This document shows, one piece after another, positions 24,438 to 38,966 of a stretch of 64,000 nucleotides of DNA (positions are counted from its first letter, which is position 1; each line of letters begins with the position of its first letter). The DNA is taken from NCBI GenBank assembly GCA_051362555.1, contig CM120645.1, forward strand, positions 14,694,001-14,758,000, read 5' to 3'. The DNA is from Lingula anatina. Taxonomy: Eukaryota; Animalia; Brachiopoda. The notes below the pieces were generated by a model. It did no database searches. It was not told where the DNA came from and was given only the letters and a program-made list of their open reading frames with translations. A program made the translations under genes and the position numbers.

Positions 24438-24888
24438 GAAATTCTTTTCCAAATAATTGTAAAACTATGTCAAAAGTTATTATTGAATGGATGTAGTAAA
24501 GATAGGCCAAAGTTCCCCCATATGTCCGATTCTTTCCCTTTTGTAATGAGGAAGAAGATAAGCGCCATTTAAAACTTGAATCATTTGGTGAAAAAACTTG
24601 AAAGAATCAAACATTTTGTTTAGAACTTTTATCTGCTGGAATTTCCGAGGGAAACGTTGTATATAGTAAGGTTCTCGATTACATAAAAACAAAACAAAAC
24701 AAAAAAAAAAAAAAAAAAATGTAGATATTTGATGAATATTGTGAAAATGTGTATCTCTACGCTGTATATGTGTGTGATAATTAACAATCACAATATGACT
24801 TGAACACCATGTAAATGTTAATCTATATGCATTGAGGAACCACTTTAGAGATGAACAAATACATTAGAGGAATGTTTGCGGGCAAGAA

Positions 24889-24961
24889 GGGGATCTAGCT
24901 CAAATGGTAGAACGCTTGCTTAGCATGTGAGATGTACTGGGATCAATGCCCAGGTTCTCCA
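24889..24961 (+). tRNA. tRNA-Ala(AGC) variant, possibly a pseudogene
   Basis: Three substitutions (GAAC in the D-stem, CTTGC, GATGT). Confidence 0.6.
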
Positions 24962-25029
24962 GAACTTCTTTTCCAAAAATTGTGAAACTTTGTCAAAAGT
25001 AATTATTGAAAGGATAAGGTATATATACT

Positions 25030-25586
25030 TCAAAATTCCCCATTCGAAAATGTCGAAATGATCGAAAACTATTTATAGACCTACAAGTAGTTTTACAAGA
25101 AGCGGTTTATTTACTGTTAAGCTATAAGAAAGTTGTTTGAGAAAAAAAAACTCCTGTTTAACATACCCAGTTCCCCTTTCTTTTTACAACGATTGTGTTA
25201 TTAGTGCACATCTATCGCATTCATTGAGCAACCCAACCTGCATATTCTAGACTTTTTTCAACCCCCTCGCTCTACGAATAACTTACACCTATTTTTCATA
25301 CCCACATTCTCGTTGTTCGACCATTCAGTGCCTTTTTATCGGTTTTGTTATGTTTCTAAGGTTTCTATTACTCTTTGTTTGAGGGTTTGTTTCAAGCATA
25401 TTATTACAGTTTACGTTTTTTGCTCTTTTTATCCACTGCATTATTAAATCTCCGAATTCATTTTCGCTATTCAAAGACTATATCATTAGGTACAGTTATT
25501 AAGATTAATTTTGTTGTCTTCAAATCTGTTACATACTGTATATTTACAAAAGTGACGGATAAAAATGCCGAAAGATGAATTCAAAT
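25030..25586. repeat. Array-flank block, copy 3
   Basis: Matches 5340-5897; diverges after GAAAGATGAATTCAAATC. Confidence 0.85.
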
Positions 25587-27027
25587 CCATTGCCGACATG
25601 AACAAATCAATCAGGAAGGTCAAATTGCGGAGGAGTGGAGAAAAACGCGCTTGAAAAAACCTGTCTCCAACTTGGGCCTCCCATTTACAAATTTGAACAT
25701 AATGTTGGCTTAGTTCGATAACTGGAGGCCTAAACAGCAAAGCTTACATAATCTGTTGCTGAGTCACTCTTTCATTTAAGCCAATTCGTCAATATCGGGT
25801 TCATGCTTAAATTATAACTAGTTTCATAGACATCGCGTTAATTTAAAGCTGCGTGGGTTTATGATAGTCGCTGAAGGTTTTCGGCATGTTTCTCTTTAGA
25901 AAAATGAAATCTTTTAAGATAAGGGTAGATTGATGAGGTTATAATCGACGCCCAATACAAGAGTTCATTCCGGACGTTTCTCTTCTATGGGCTGTAACGG
26001 CTTTAAATAACGAGGAAAAATAAAATATAAATAGATTAAAAGGAAACATATACTCGAACCGCATAGAAATGGATGTGTTGTACCGGTGCTCTATCTTTTT
26101 TAAAGTGATCATATAATTTATGGATTTTAGGGAAGAAAACCAACAATGAACCGTTGAGTGTACCGTTGTGTTTCACCGTCATTGAACACGAGATTTCACA
26201 GACCACGAATTGTACAGGGTGAATGAAAAATTAGAATACCATTAGCTGTTCTTTAACGCATCCGCAAGTGAAAGTTTCCACTGTAATTTGAATGTTCTTT
26301 TTCTGAACTTTGTTTTTTTTTTGCATACGTCTGCAACTTCGCATTATTTATTTTTGGAAAAATAGTTCTCATGTTTTAAAATATGTACTTGTAGCAACGT
26401 GGCCTGATTATTGGCTAGGCGGATTCAGTGGCCACGGAGGGTAGGGTGAAGGTGGGATGAGGCTCTCATCCACTTCCGGGTATCCTCGATCTTTTACAAA
26501 ACATACCGTACCTATTGCTCATTAGGTAAACATCTTTCTTTCTTCTTGCGTACATATTACACATTGCGTAAACACGTTTCTTTCTTCTCCTTGTGAATAA
26601 ATATTATTGCACTAAAGCCATGATAACATCGCACCCGTTGTTGATCGACTCTACAATACGGAATTAAATTTTCAATTATATTTTAGCTAATGTCTGTCAC
26701 TAGACATCATCCAAACCTATTATTAACATCACAGTGAATTTTAATACTCTCCATTAGTCAAGAGAAAAAACATTACATGTACGTAATAGAAAAATCGAGA
26801 TAGTGCATACACTCGTTCACTCTCGGCATCTGAGTAACTTGACCTTTTTTATTGTTGGAAAGACAAGCATTGTCTGGCAAAATGGTTTATATTACTGATG
26901 AGTCTGCGATTAGAGCATGCTATTGGTCGCTGAGATGAACGTGCGTGCGATGCTACCAGTAGATGTTTATTGTTTAAAAGAATTTAAGAGACAGCAGAAT
27001 ATTGCTTAATGTAGTATCCACTTTCAT

Positions 27028-27059
<32 letters not shown>

Positions 27060-29028
27060 GGTTTTTATTTCTTCGGCAAACTATTAATGTCACCCCTTCT
27101 CTTTGCCTGCAAAGAATTATTATACTCATACCCCCACGCCGCTCCGGATCCAGGTCACAAATTATTTCAATTTTTTTCTTTATTTCATTTCCACTATCAT
27201 TTTAGTCCATGGCATATATGCACATCTATTGACTACATTTGTACACCATCATATGAAGTCGTAAAGAGACCGCGTCACGCGCTACACTGTCATCTAATGT
27301 GCGGGTATAGCGCCCTGACCCCCGGTTGAGAGGTCAGATGTGCCGGATTAGAACAGGTAGTATGATTAAGCGGGCTAGGTTGCCACTGTATACAAGTAAA
27401 TAGGTAGTTCTCTGATAAAAAGGGGAGCGAGGGAAACTCTCGCGGTGCGTTTGAGCGTTAGAGAAAACAGTTCCAAGTTTCAAATTTGATTAATAGTAAT
27501 CCCGTGCGTTTATTAAACCAAAAGGATTAAGAATTAAGCCTGACAGAGCGTGGGGGTACCTGAAACGCTACGACGACACTCACGTGTCACCTGTCACCGC
27601 AGACCCATTAATGGAGTTTACCCACGGAGGCGATAAGACCCAATTTTGGTGACTCTGCTATTGTAATTCCTCACTTCAAAATTGACGTCACTTCCATTTG
27701 GTGCGGAGATACCGTTCGACTTGGTGTAACTCAGTTTGAGAGTACAGAGTCTAAAACAAGGTGGATTGTTTTGTCCTGGAGGGATAAACTCATGGATTCG
27801 GACCAATTAGTACCTCAACAGTTTATCCAAGGTGTGATTTTGTAATCCAGGAGTACCGAAGGGCTCTTAATCCATTATTAAGTTTAATAGAAAGTTGAAT
27901 TATTTCAAAGGGGAGAAGTTAAATTCAAACACACACTGAGACTAGGACGATAGGAGAGAGGAAGAAAGATCGTCTGCTACCGAGTACGTTACCGAGGATT
28001 ATCGCACGTCGTTCTTTGATTCAACTTCTAGACAAACGACGGTTGTAAAAGACACTTTCAGGGTCAAGTCACAGCGGAAAATTATTGAATTAAATAGGCA
28101 AGAGGAATTATCTACACTAAAGAGGAATATCAACATGCTGAACTGAGAGGTAAGTGACAACAGACACCAACAAAGTAGCCCGATTCCCCGCATATAACTA
28201 ATATGATCAGGGTACAATGTACATGTCATTCATTGTATATAAATCATAAGACAGTATAAAATATATTCCTACTTTGTAAATGAGATTTTTTAGATATAGA
28301 AAGACCTACAGAGTCACATTGTTAGAATTTCTTAATGGACTTCGGACAGCATTTTTACATGTTGCTGTTTTACTTATTAATTAGTATGGTACATTGTAGA
28401 TTATCACATCTTTAGAACATTGTGCGTTTGAGTATGGCGAAAAGTGTATCAGGACCCACCAATGTTTACCCATCTTTTATCATAGTCTATGATGAATATG
28501 TTCCCATGATATGCTAAATGCCGCTTGCCAAAGGTAGGCGTTATGTTAAGGTGCGATATTTAAGTGACATTAATTGAAATGGCGGGGGTCAGTTAATGTG
28601 ATGCTTTCGGCAATGTGGCGTTTTGGTCGCATTTTGTCACTTGCTTAACATCTGTATCAGGTGTGTGGATTCCTGTGGCACAAGCCAATAGGGAAGTCTT
28701 GGGCTGTGCCCGTTAATAATTTATCAACCTACATGTAAGCCGGTAATTTCAAAGTCTCTTTTTTGTGTGTATGTGTGTGTGTGGGGGGGGGGCTATTTCT
28801 GAAAAAGGGGTTCTTTTTGTCTCCTTGGTTGACCAAACTTGAAAATGGCATAGCACCGATATATTAAATGTTGATTCCGACTGACCTGAAGTTAGTACCA
28901 CAGCATTCAGTGGGTGTAGTTGGTACCACTACAACGTGTATTCGGAGACGAAACGGAATGCACATGTTATTTGCAGTGGCCTTTTATAAAGAAAGAAATA
29001 TTGCCACAGCTCGTTAAAAATGAAGACA

Positions 29029-29030
<2 letters not shown>

Positions 29031-29106
<76 letters not shown>
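29031..29106. repeat. Compound (GT)n(GA)n microsatellite
   Basis: Direct reading. Confidence 0.95.
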
Positions 29107-29109
<3 letters not shown>

Positions 29110-31462
29110 TAAATATGAATAAAACATCCAAAACTGATGAAACTGAAGAAAAATCAAAGAGATTTAATAAACGTCATATTATTTCCAAAATCTAAATACA
29201 TAAAAAATTAAAAGCCTGTCTCTAAAAAAGTTGGATGTTGGCCATTAGATGTGTGGTGAGATTCACCCCGGTAGCTAAAACACGGACATTCACAGCTTAC
29301 AACAACCTGGTGCTTCAATGAGTAGCGCTTCAGGTATGTTTTTTAACAGCTGATACCCTTTGCCCTTAAGGCGTGACGCCCTGCCAGCTGAAAAACAGGC
29401 CCACAACCATCAGACTATATCTATAGAGAGTCGTGCGTTATAATCAGGTAAATATCCGTATACGGAAGTCGCATATAAATCACAATCAGATAATATACTG
29501 AATAATTTTGTTCGCATATCATTTTTTGTATCATTTTGGCAATTTTTCAAAACCTGTGTCGTGCTCTATGTGTTTGTTCACCTCGCGGGTATCATTTTCT
29601 CGATTGCAATTGTTACGGATAATTCCCCTGACATGGAGACAAAAAATGAAAATTAGTACCACGAGTTCGTTGATTCAGCAGTAATCAAGTTGCACTTTGT
29701 TTGCATGATTAATAACCTTACGCTTTTAATTTCGACGTTCCTGTGGATTAGAAAAAAAAATGTCTTTAAATCCTAGCTTAACTAAAGTAATAACGTAGTG
29801 ACATTTTTCTTCAAATAAATGTTCGAACCAGGTAGAAAAAAGACAGAAAATTTCTGTCTTAGTGGGCCTAGCCCGATTTCTAATGCTCAATAGGTTGACA
29901 TAAACAACCTACATGGATTCCAATAATGTATAGAGATATGTTCATGTAAAGAGCTCCACCCTGTTATGAGATAAAAGTACTTCATGCAACTTAACAGTGG
30001 CCCTGTGATAAAAGAATATGCCCACATATATGAGCATGATAAAGCTACACTGCATAAAACACTGGTTAATATATACGGCGTTTTTCCACAATAGGACAGT
30101 TAGAGTAAATTGCATGTTCATATCGAGGAACTCTTTCTCTCTCCCCCCCTCTCTCTCTCTCTCTTGCAGAAGCAAGAGTGAGCCGATTAGATTTAACATA
30201 TTTTTTACAAAACTGGCAAACATAATACAACAATCAATTTCATAAATCGAGATTAATTGACTGTGCTTATCAGAGAATCGCCAATCCACCACGAGGCCAC
30301 ATGGGAGTATTAAACAGATGGAGAATATGAGATGCATACTGAATGTTTATACCCCTAGAATTGCTACTGCCTCTGTGAAACGACAAACAGATGACGTAAA
30401 ACAAATAGCCCCCTTCTAAACTCGTCCCGATTTCGCCAAAGCAGCGTCTCTGCCATAATATCGGTCACATCCATCAAAGACATTAAACAGACTGACAGAG
30501 AGGTGTTTACTATTCCCGAACGTAAATTTGTTTTTGTATTGTTATTTCAGCTCGAATGCGATCCCCGTTGTTCCTGTTCAGCTCTCTAACCTGACCACAA
30601 TGACATAAGCCTATTTTTCTTTTTTCTCTACCTGTAATGCGTTACAGACATAGGGGTATGTGTTAGTCACCCGATTTTCTCCACAGAACGACTAGCTCTA
30701 CTTACTGATTTTTTTTTTCATTTTTCCTCTTAATGTCCAAAACCAGCCCCGTTTCATTCATTCATTCATTCAAAGCACCGTGTCCAAGCACGTTTTCCGA
30801 ATAATTTTTCTGGCATCTATCTGTAGCCATTATGAGCGTCTGTTACAGTTCACACTGCATATTTAACATGATGTATAATATCCATATCTGGCCATGATTA
30901 TCTGAAATAAAATCTCTTGTCACAAAGTACGCGCCCCTATTCCCTGAAGCACGGTCGTTCATTTTTACCATTTAAATCATCGTTCATTAAAATCAAAGAG
31001 CCAAAATTATTTCGATATAATTTCCTTTTTATTAATTCTGACAAAGCATAATTTCATTGTTTGGTTTCAGTGGATTTTTAAACGTAAAATTGGTTTAAGA
31101 GTACTAAGAATGTCGAAATGGTATAGCTAATTTAGGAAAAAATCATGTAACAAGTTGGTCTCAAGCACCCTATCACCACGTTAAATGTCGTGACATCGGT
31201 CAGCGCAGGTGAAACTTTGGAAACTTTAATTATTTCTTTTCTATTTCGAAAAAAATCATTTTCGTGATCACGAACTCTATTAGCCCTGTATATTCTGCTA
31301 AATTGCGCCGCTTTATTAAGTCTAGTACAAAGCCTTTAACTTTTAGAACATTGACCGGGGCGACCAAGTACAGTCACAACAAAAGTTTTAAGTCTCATGT
31401 CCGAAAGTCATAGTTAATGTTGATGATAATTACAGCCAAACTGGTGGATTCCGGATTTAACT

Positions 31463-31703
31463 GGTGGCGGTGGTGGTGGGGTGGGGTGGTGGTGGTGGTG
31501 GTGCGGTGGTGGTGGTGGTGGGGTGGGGGTGGGGTGGGGGGTGGTGGGGGGGTGGGGACAAGAAATAATATTTGTAAAGCGGTACAATGAATGTAATCCC
31601 CTTACACTTGTGGGGGGGGGGGGGGGTGTCGGGAGAAGGATAACTCCGAAGGAGCAGGGGGCGCACGTGCTTACTGTGCCAACCCCCCCCCCCCCCCCCC
31701 CTC
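31463..31703. repeat. G-rich (GGT)n / poly-G / poly-C low-complexity tract
   Basis: Direct reading. Confidence 0.85.
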
Positions 31704-31914
31704 CGGCAGGCGTCAATGTGCCAGTAATCAAAGTTCTAAATTTGCAAAATTAGAGCAGGGATTTGGGGTAGAGAAATTAGAAGACCAGTTATATGTCAAA
31801 GAGAAGTCAGGAAATTGAAAATATAAACATCTCTCTCTCTCTCTCTCTTTCTCTCCACACACATTTTAAAGGTTGTGGCTTAGACTGATGTCATTCAATT
31901 TCCCTCCCTCTGCC

Positions 31915-31948
<34 letters not shown>

Positions 31949-34046
31949 GCACTTACACACACACACGCGCGCGATATTTCATTCAATCGCTCTCTCTCTC
32001 TCTCTCTCTACAATGTTTTTATTAACCACCAAGTGTCCTCCACCTTCCCAAAGTACCAAGATAAACCAATTTTATCAGGAGTTGTCGCACTCACAAGCGG
32101 CTGTGATTTATTGCCCTCTAGATGTGGACCCGGTTTAATTAAATTTTAACTTAGGCGTCCACTACAGTATCTAGTATGCGGTGTTATGTAGGAATGTGAC
32201 TGCTGGAGTCACTGAAGTCAATAATAAGAGTAATACAGACATCATTTAGGTGAAGATGAAGAAATAATGGCGACATTTAGGCAAATAATAGACACTAGAA
32301 CACGCGTTATCAAGATATGAAGATACAAGCAGAAGGTACTCATTTTGATTTTATAGCATTTCATTAGCTTTTATTCATAGGAAATTCAGATTTGAAGTCA
32401 ACGCGTAGCATTTTAAAAAACAAGATGAAGGTTCTCGAATAATTTCTTTGCAATTCTTCGCTTTAATTTGCGTTGAAATAAGATAATAAGTCAGTTTTTC
32501 AGAAATGTTTTATACAAGGGAACATAGGTAATTATTTAGGTGTACAAGCCGTGAAACGAGCCAATTAACAAATACAGTAAAATTTAACAAATGCCAGTCC
32601 ATGTAAAATATTTACCATCAATTTTAGATTATATCCTGCGCTTGATGAATAAATTCCTTTAACAACCAGGGCATTATACATGTAGGAAGCCTGGATTGCA
32701 TTTAACCACATCACAAGAACCATGATTTGATTCAATTTGTTTGCACTCACTCTTTTCAGCAGGGAATTTTTCCCCACCTCTTCGGGTTTTTGTTATCATT
32801 ATTGTCAACGCAGGCGGTAAACTCGTTTCATTGTTAACAAAATCATGGCACACTTAATCGTGTCTGTTGAAAAACCGAGCTGCTAAATTTGCCCGTGAAA
32901 AAAGTTCCAACAATTTCTTTTCAAGAGTAACTCTGCATTCATTGAATTGTTTTCTTATCGAAACTTTGTTTGATAATAGGTCGCAATTACATCAATATTT
33001 TTTTGATTTATGCCCGTAGATGCCTCTGTGACAAATTGTCGTAACAAATATTCCATGAGCAGCGTTCCACATTTTAACAAGTGCGTTTAACTTAACGTCA
33101 TTACATATGTAGGCTAACTGTGTTTATTTCATACATGACTATATTCATTATTTCTACTGCGAAATTTACGTACTGTCGTCTTCTATCTTAAATTTTATCA
33201 AAAATTCGTGATGCACCCGTCACGGTAGACTGTCAACCAGCATGATAGCCCGTATACCGTATCGGCGTGGAGAGTGACCCTTCTATTCCAGCACACTGAA
33301 TGTGCAGTTTAGTTCGCTTAGCAGTCGCGAACTGAAAAAGCACTCATAAAGGGCAGAGCTCCTCCAAAAAAAATTATTAATTAACTATTTGCCATTGATT
33401 AATTAATGGAGTATTACCAAAGCCCGTTTCTGACCTATCCAGAAATGTTGCTAAGAGACAAACAGACTAACGGACGCAAAATGTATTAATTAATAAATTT
33501 GCCTGTGCAAAAATTATCATATACATGTAGTCGGCAAGCCCAGCTTATCATGTATACCGATCATCCCTCTGACAACATATATTGGCGACAAAGACCTCCA
33601 ATCCTGTAGCAAGTACATGTACAACAGAAGTTCTAACGGCGACATATCATTTAGACATTAACGGCCGTTGTGCATTTTTTCTAACGACAGTACACAACAG
33701 AAATCTCAATGTCGGAAACCGCAAAGTAACTCTTTCTTTCTCGGGGGCAACGTACTCATTGCTTGCAATACGCACTCGAAATCGCATATATAAAAGAATA
33801 GATAAAAAAGGCAGCATTTTCTACAGCTGAATTCCACTGCATTAAATAGAACATGATATGTCGTAGAGCATCCGGCCTTTGAATGGCATTTTCTTTTATA
33901 AGTTATTTATTTGATAGTTATCTAATATCTAGATTAAAAAGGTCATTTTGTCTGTGATGCGGATGCGACCTATGCACTAAGAGGGTCATTGGTGGAGCTG
34001 TTACGGTCTACTATAGTTTGTGGTACTTGAAAGGTTGGTCTCAGAC

Positions 34047-34081
<35 letters not shown>

Positions 34082-37000
34082 GACACTATTCCAGTGTGGA
34101 CCATCCTTTGTGATTGGTTGTTGGATAACAAGTGCAAGGTAAGGCCGTTTGGTTTAGGTTTTAGTTTATGAAAGAGGCAAAACGTTACTCTCGAAAACGA
34201 TATAAATATTTAAACTCTTACAAAATGAAAAAGCCCCCAAAACATGAGAAGAATGAGAATAAAGCAAGGAAGAAAATTGCATAAAAGTACTTAGCTTCCC
34301 ATAGAAAAAATGAACAAACATTAACTAAAAAAAGGAGAGAGAGAGAGAGAGAGAGAGACCGTCCTCTTCCGTGTAATCTAGACCAAAATGAGTGCTGCAG
34401 CACTAAGCGACTCCTCGCCTCAGCGGGGGAAGACTAGATTGTTTATTGGTATACGAGGAGGTCTTGTCTTGTTTTAACAACGATCGCTCTGTTTTGATAA
34501 TATTTTTCTGCCATTTGTGCACAAAAAAACATTATTATAATCCAGGCTGTTGCTCTTGAAGTTGTGATGAATTTAACCGCTTTATTGGCTTTTGATAAAA
34601 AAGAATCATTTTTTGGTTATCATTTTATGGTACATCTTTTTTTTTTATTTCATATCGTCAACAAGGTCATCTCCTCTGTCTTTCTTGTCGTCTTATTATT
34701 GTTTCTTCTGTCGATATACATCTGAACAAATGATGTTTGGCTGAATTCCATATCATAAGTATCAAGTCTGCTGTCAACAGACAATGAGGTGGAAAGATTT
34801 AAATCGTGGTTGAGGTCAATTTTAGGGAAAAGAAAAAAAATTAAGCAACTGGAATTTATAAGGTAATGCCAGAACAGGTGTTAGGAACTGCAATGCCTTG
34901 AATACTGCCATTATAAGTGTTTTGAATCATATCTTCTTTCGGTGCATTTCTAAAACAAAAATCAATATAATTAAAAATTAATTGCAGAAAGAAAGAAGCC
35001 GTTTGAATCATTAAGGTTTAATTTACCTCCCTTTCTTTCTCTTTTTCTATAAATATTTTAAAATAATTAAAATAGATGAATGGGCACCAGAGAGAGAGAG
35101 AGAAAGAGAGACGACGACGGGCGTTCCAATCTCCTTATCAAATGAAACAGAAATTATTTGATAAATGGATTTCATGTGGATTTAAGGCTGGATCACTTGA
35201 TATCAGTTATCAAACAATCGATTTACATTGCTGCGGTATTCCTTTCTCACCACGGTGATAATAACACGTGAAAACCACGCTGCTCGGCAATGTTGACCTA
35301 GGACATTCTTGGGAGTGTATATCCACACCCTGTTTGTCTATTATTGTATTTTCTATGTGTATTTTCTATTATTTTCCAAACCCTTTTTTGTATTACTTCT
35401 CCCAAAAATCTTTTATTACTACGTACTTTTCAGTTTATACTTTATTTGTTATTGTTATTTCTAGACATCTAACGGCTAACATTATTTTATGCATTTCCTT
35501 AACGTCTCCTAGTTAATATTGTAAACCGTCGACCTGCACATTCTTCTTTATAATTTCTCGTTTTCCATCATAAGTAAGCTAACACTGTCAAAGAGAAGAA
35601 AAACAAGGCCTGCCGGATATAGTTGGATGGGAAAGGAAAAATAAAGAACTTATTCGTTGTTGTATGAGAAACAGTCAAGAAACGCGGATGATTTGAGTGT
35701 TTGTTTTTTTTTTTTTTTTTGGGGGGGGGGGGTGGTTAGTGTCAAGAGGCGCCTGGAACAGACGTTTTGAGACATATTTTGAATCTCATCTGTCTTCAGT
35801 TTACACGTGACCTACAGATTTGTCTTTAGAGAGTGTTTTCAGAATTTTGAGGTTTGATTTCTTGGTTTGATAAAAGCTGTTGTTTTTATCTTGAATAAAC
35901 GCATTGTGTCTCTTAGACAGACGCCTTTAATGTTTGTTTTAACCATGGCGGTTTATTTATTTATTTTTTGAAGATCTTGGTAAATGTACAATGGAAACAT
36001 TTCTGAGACAGTACCAGAGTTCCACCTTGTAGGATTCACAAATTCCAGGCTGCATGCCCTCATTTATAACTTCACTGGCCAATTTTTTTGTGAATTTGTG
36101 ATAAAAAGAGTGAAAAAGTATAGATAGCTGGACGATTTACGTTCTTGTTATGAAAAAAAATGACAAAATAAGATTTTATGTATACTTGAGTTCAGTGCAA
36201 CAGGAGGTCCACCAAGACGTAAACAGAAAGAGTGAAATTGAAAAAAAAAAAACATAAAAGAACACATTTTAACCGCAAACGGGTTAAAAGAACAGAAAGA
36301 AAGGCATGATTAAGACACACATATCAAGCTTGAATATATACATTTTCATTTTGAATATCAGACTACGGTCAACCTTTGACCTACCCATATGTACTCAACG
36401 ATTTCAACGTGTATCATATCATGTCAACAGACAAAGAATGACACACACACAAACACGGACACGCCCAACGTTCCATTAAAGAGAAATACGAACCGGTGTG
36501 CTATGCTGGGAATTGTAGTCAAATAGAAACCGTAGTCCGTATCCCATTACTTTGTACATATTCTGACATGTATTGCACATAAACTGACACCCTGCCCCCC
36601 CCCTCCCCACCTTCCAGGATACTTCCAGTTTACTCTTACCTACTGAGTAGAGGTTGTAGAGACTCTACAACTTCTTGCCCTAACCTGTACATGTACATAT
36701 CCCTCACCCCCCCCTCCGACGTCCATGCTTTGAACTATCATTCCACTCACACCTGGAACCTGTGACTAGGGTGGGTGTTTGATTAGACAGCTTGGACGAC
36801 TCAAGATTACAGGTGGTTAGGTTACCCTATTGTACGGGATTAAGTTATTGATTCTGCGGGTGGGGAAGGACCAATCGTTGTTTTGACGGTGCTGGTGGTG
36901 GGCGGAGAAGAAAGCTTCTTGATAAAGCTTTGATAGATAAGAAGTGATGGGATAGTTACTATTGTAAGTGATTGGAATAGGGAATGACTAATGTTAGACT

Positions 37001-38907
37001 AAAGAATGACCGCACAATAAGTGTGAGTGTTAATTGGGAATACAATACAAAAGTTTTCGACAAAAAGTCTACATCTGTGTTCTTTCACCTCCATAGTGTC
37101 TCAGTGAGCAGACAAAAACAACAACAAAAATTGTGATTGCTGTTCGATCACAGTCGTGCTCTCTTTATCAAATAATAGATGGAGTAGATCCTTTTAAGTC
37201 TATTATTTTAATGGCAATAAAACATGATAAAACCAAGTTTTAGTTGAGAAGACATTATATATTCTGCTTCTTTTTTTTTACCGGAATCATCAACTCGGAG
37301 GACACTTTACAGACATTTAATACAAAGAGAAAATTCTAACCACTAGACCTAAGTTTTAACACCCCTCAACACCAATCCCACCATGCGCCCTCTCAACGCC
37401 AAACTCAGAGACTTTGATCACTTGCTGAGACATATTAAATTACAATTAACGTAATCGCCATAATAATCTTGACAACGGAGAGTAATTAAGCTTTTAATAA
37501 AGCTTCAACTTCAGCTGAACTTTGGCGATAACACCGAAGCTATTTTAAGGTTAGGAAGTAGTCCACGTCCAATATAGAGGCTATACATAATCTGTGCAGT
37601 CCCACGGGTAGCAGGAGTTCAATTAAAATGTAACTTTGGCCTATGCTAAGTTAAATTGTGGGTGGAAATGTGCATCATATTGCTTTAATCGAGTCATAAT
37701 ACATTTACACGTGGAAGGGGTTGTAGGTTGCATTCTATCTAACCAAAGCAGTAATTGACTTAATGTCAGACCATCGGTTCCCGAATCGCAAAAGGTTCAC
37801 AGCAAGTGATAAAGCAGTCAGATCGATGCAATAAATTGTTATGACCAAGGTTTAGCAGAGATAATACGCTCTTTGCATTGAAATCACTACAGAGCTGGGC
37901 CATTTAGAAAAATAGGCAAGTAGGCATATGCCCCCCAGAAAAGTTTACCGCGTAAACGGTGCCAATAGAGTCTTTTTTTATGAGAAAATGAACAAGCTTG
38001 CACTTAAGTGCTAGTTCATAATTTATAGTGCTATTACTATTGTGATTTGGCATCGTTAAGCGCTCCAAATTGTTACTACATACATTTTTTCCGCGCAGGT
38101 GTGACCGACGCGTAATATAGAGCAGTCGTTTTGAAAGTTTAGGTCAAAATTCGAGTCAAAGAGGCACTGATTTGCAAAAGATTCACCAGCAGGATAAAAC
38201 TGATAAAACTCACAATGCTGCACTCTCGTGGATTGAATATCTGAGTAGAGAAGAACATCTTTCATCTGTTAGATTTGTCGAGGAATGAAAAGGAAAGCCT
38301 TACTACAATGTAGCTTACAGGGCTTTATTATAACCGCTGACAAGGTAGGACGGAGAATAGCCGAATCGTGGTGCACATGTCTGTTGTATTCTTCAGATTT
38401 TTAGGTAGGTTCCGTTTTTGTTGTCGCCAGAATTCAGTTTTGTTGCAGTATTAAGCTTTAAAGGCATAATGGGTTATAATTCGAATGGAATGTTGCATTT
38501 TGCAGAAAAGAAATGATGCCGTCGTCTGAATTTTTTTATGAGGGGAAAAATGAATTGACCCTAATTATGCAACTTGTCAGCTGCATCGGAAACCAGAATT
38601 AATGATAATAAATGAAAAACGGTAACGAGATGATAGTACATCGGGTAGATATTTATCATTTTATCAGATTTCCCTCTTCGTTCTTGTAAATTTTGAATTC
38701 AATTAAGTACAGGTTCGGCTGAAGGGTTATTTAATCCAAATAAAAACGACTATAAAACTGAAAGGCGTCAATGGAATGACTCACGGTTTTCCTAGAAACG
38801 AACTATACGGCAGCCCTGGAAACTGAGGCACAATCAGCAGTTGTTGGGGTAGTTACAACGATAACAATTTGCTTTACTGGAAGATAGTAACAATTGAAGA
38901 TTATACG

Positions 38908-38966
38908 TATGTATGTATGTATGTATGGATGTATGTGTGCATGTATGTATGTATGTATGTATGTAT
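38908..38966. repeat. (TATG)n microsatellite
   Basis: Direct reading. Confidence 0.85.

Larger units (their letters stand above)
20920..25030 (+). repeat. Homogeneous tandem array of ~510-bp units with 8 tRNA-Ala genes (array 2)
   Basis: Spacings between tRNA starts are 513, 510, 768, 477, 513, 514 and 524 bp. Confidence 0.95.

Noticed and set aside
1020-24961. tRNA-Ala copies as tRNA-derived SINEs
   Set aside because: They have a full cloverleaf with an intact acceptor stem and an immediate T-run, occur in tandem, and lack a tail or TSDs.
20920-25030. CRISPR-like repeat-spacer appearance
   Set aside because: The constant part is a 73-nt tRNA, the spacers are homologous to each other, the context is eukaryotic and there are no cas genes.
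16424-25030. tRNA-Ala amplification serving the neighbouring genes' codon demand, as in silk glands
   Set aside because: Neither neighbouring peptide is Ala-rich.
31414-31753. Poly-Pro and poly-Gly ORFs
   Set aside because: Low-complexity G/C tracts with no splice or domain support.
27900-34145. Candidate 5' UTR exons of the cadherin gene (donors GAG|gtaagt at 28150 and AAG|gtaagg at 34139)
   Set aside because: Good donors, but nothing else in the sequence supports them; transcript data are needed.
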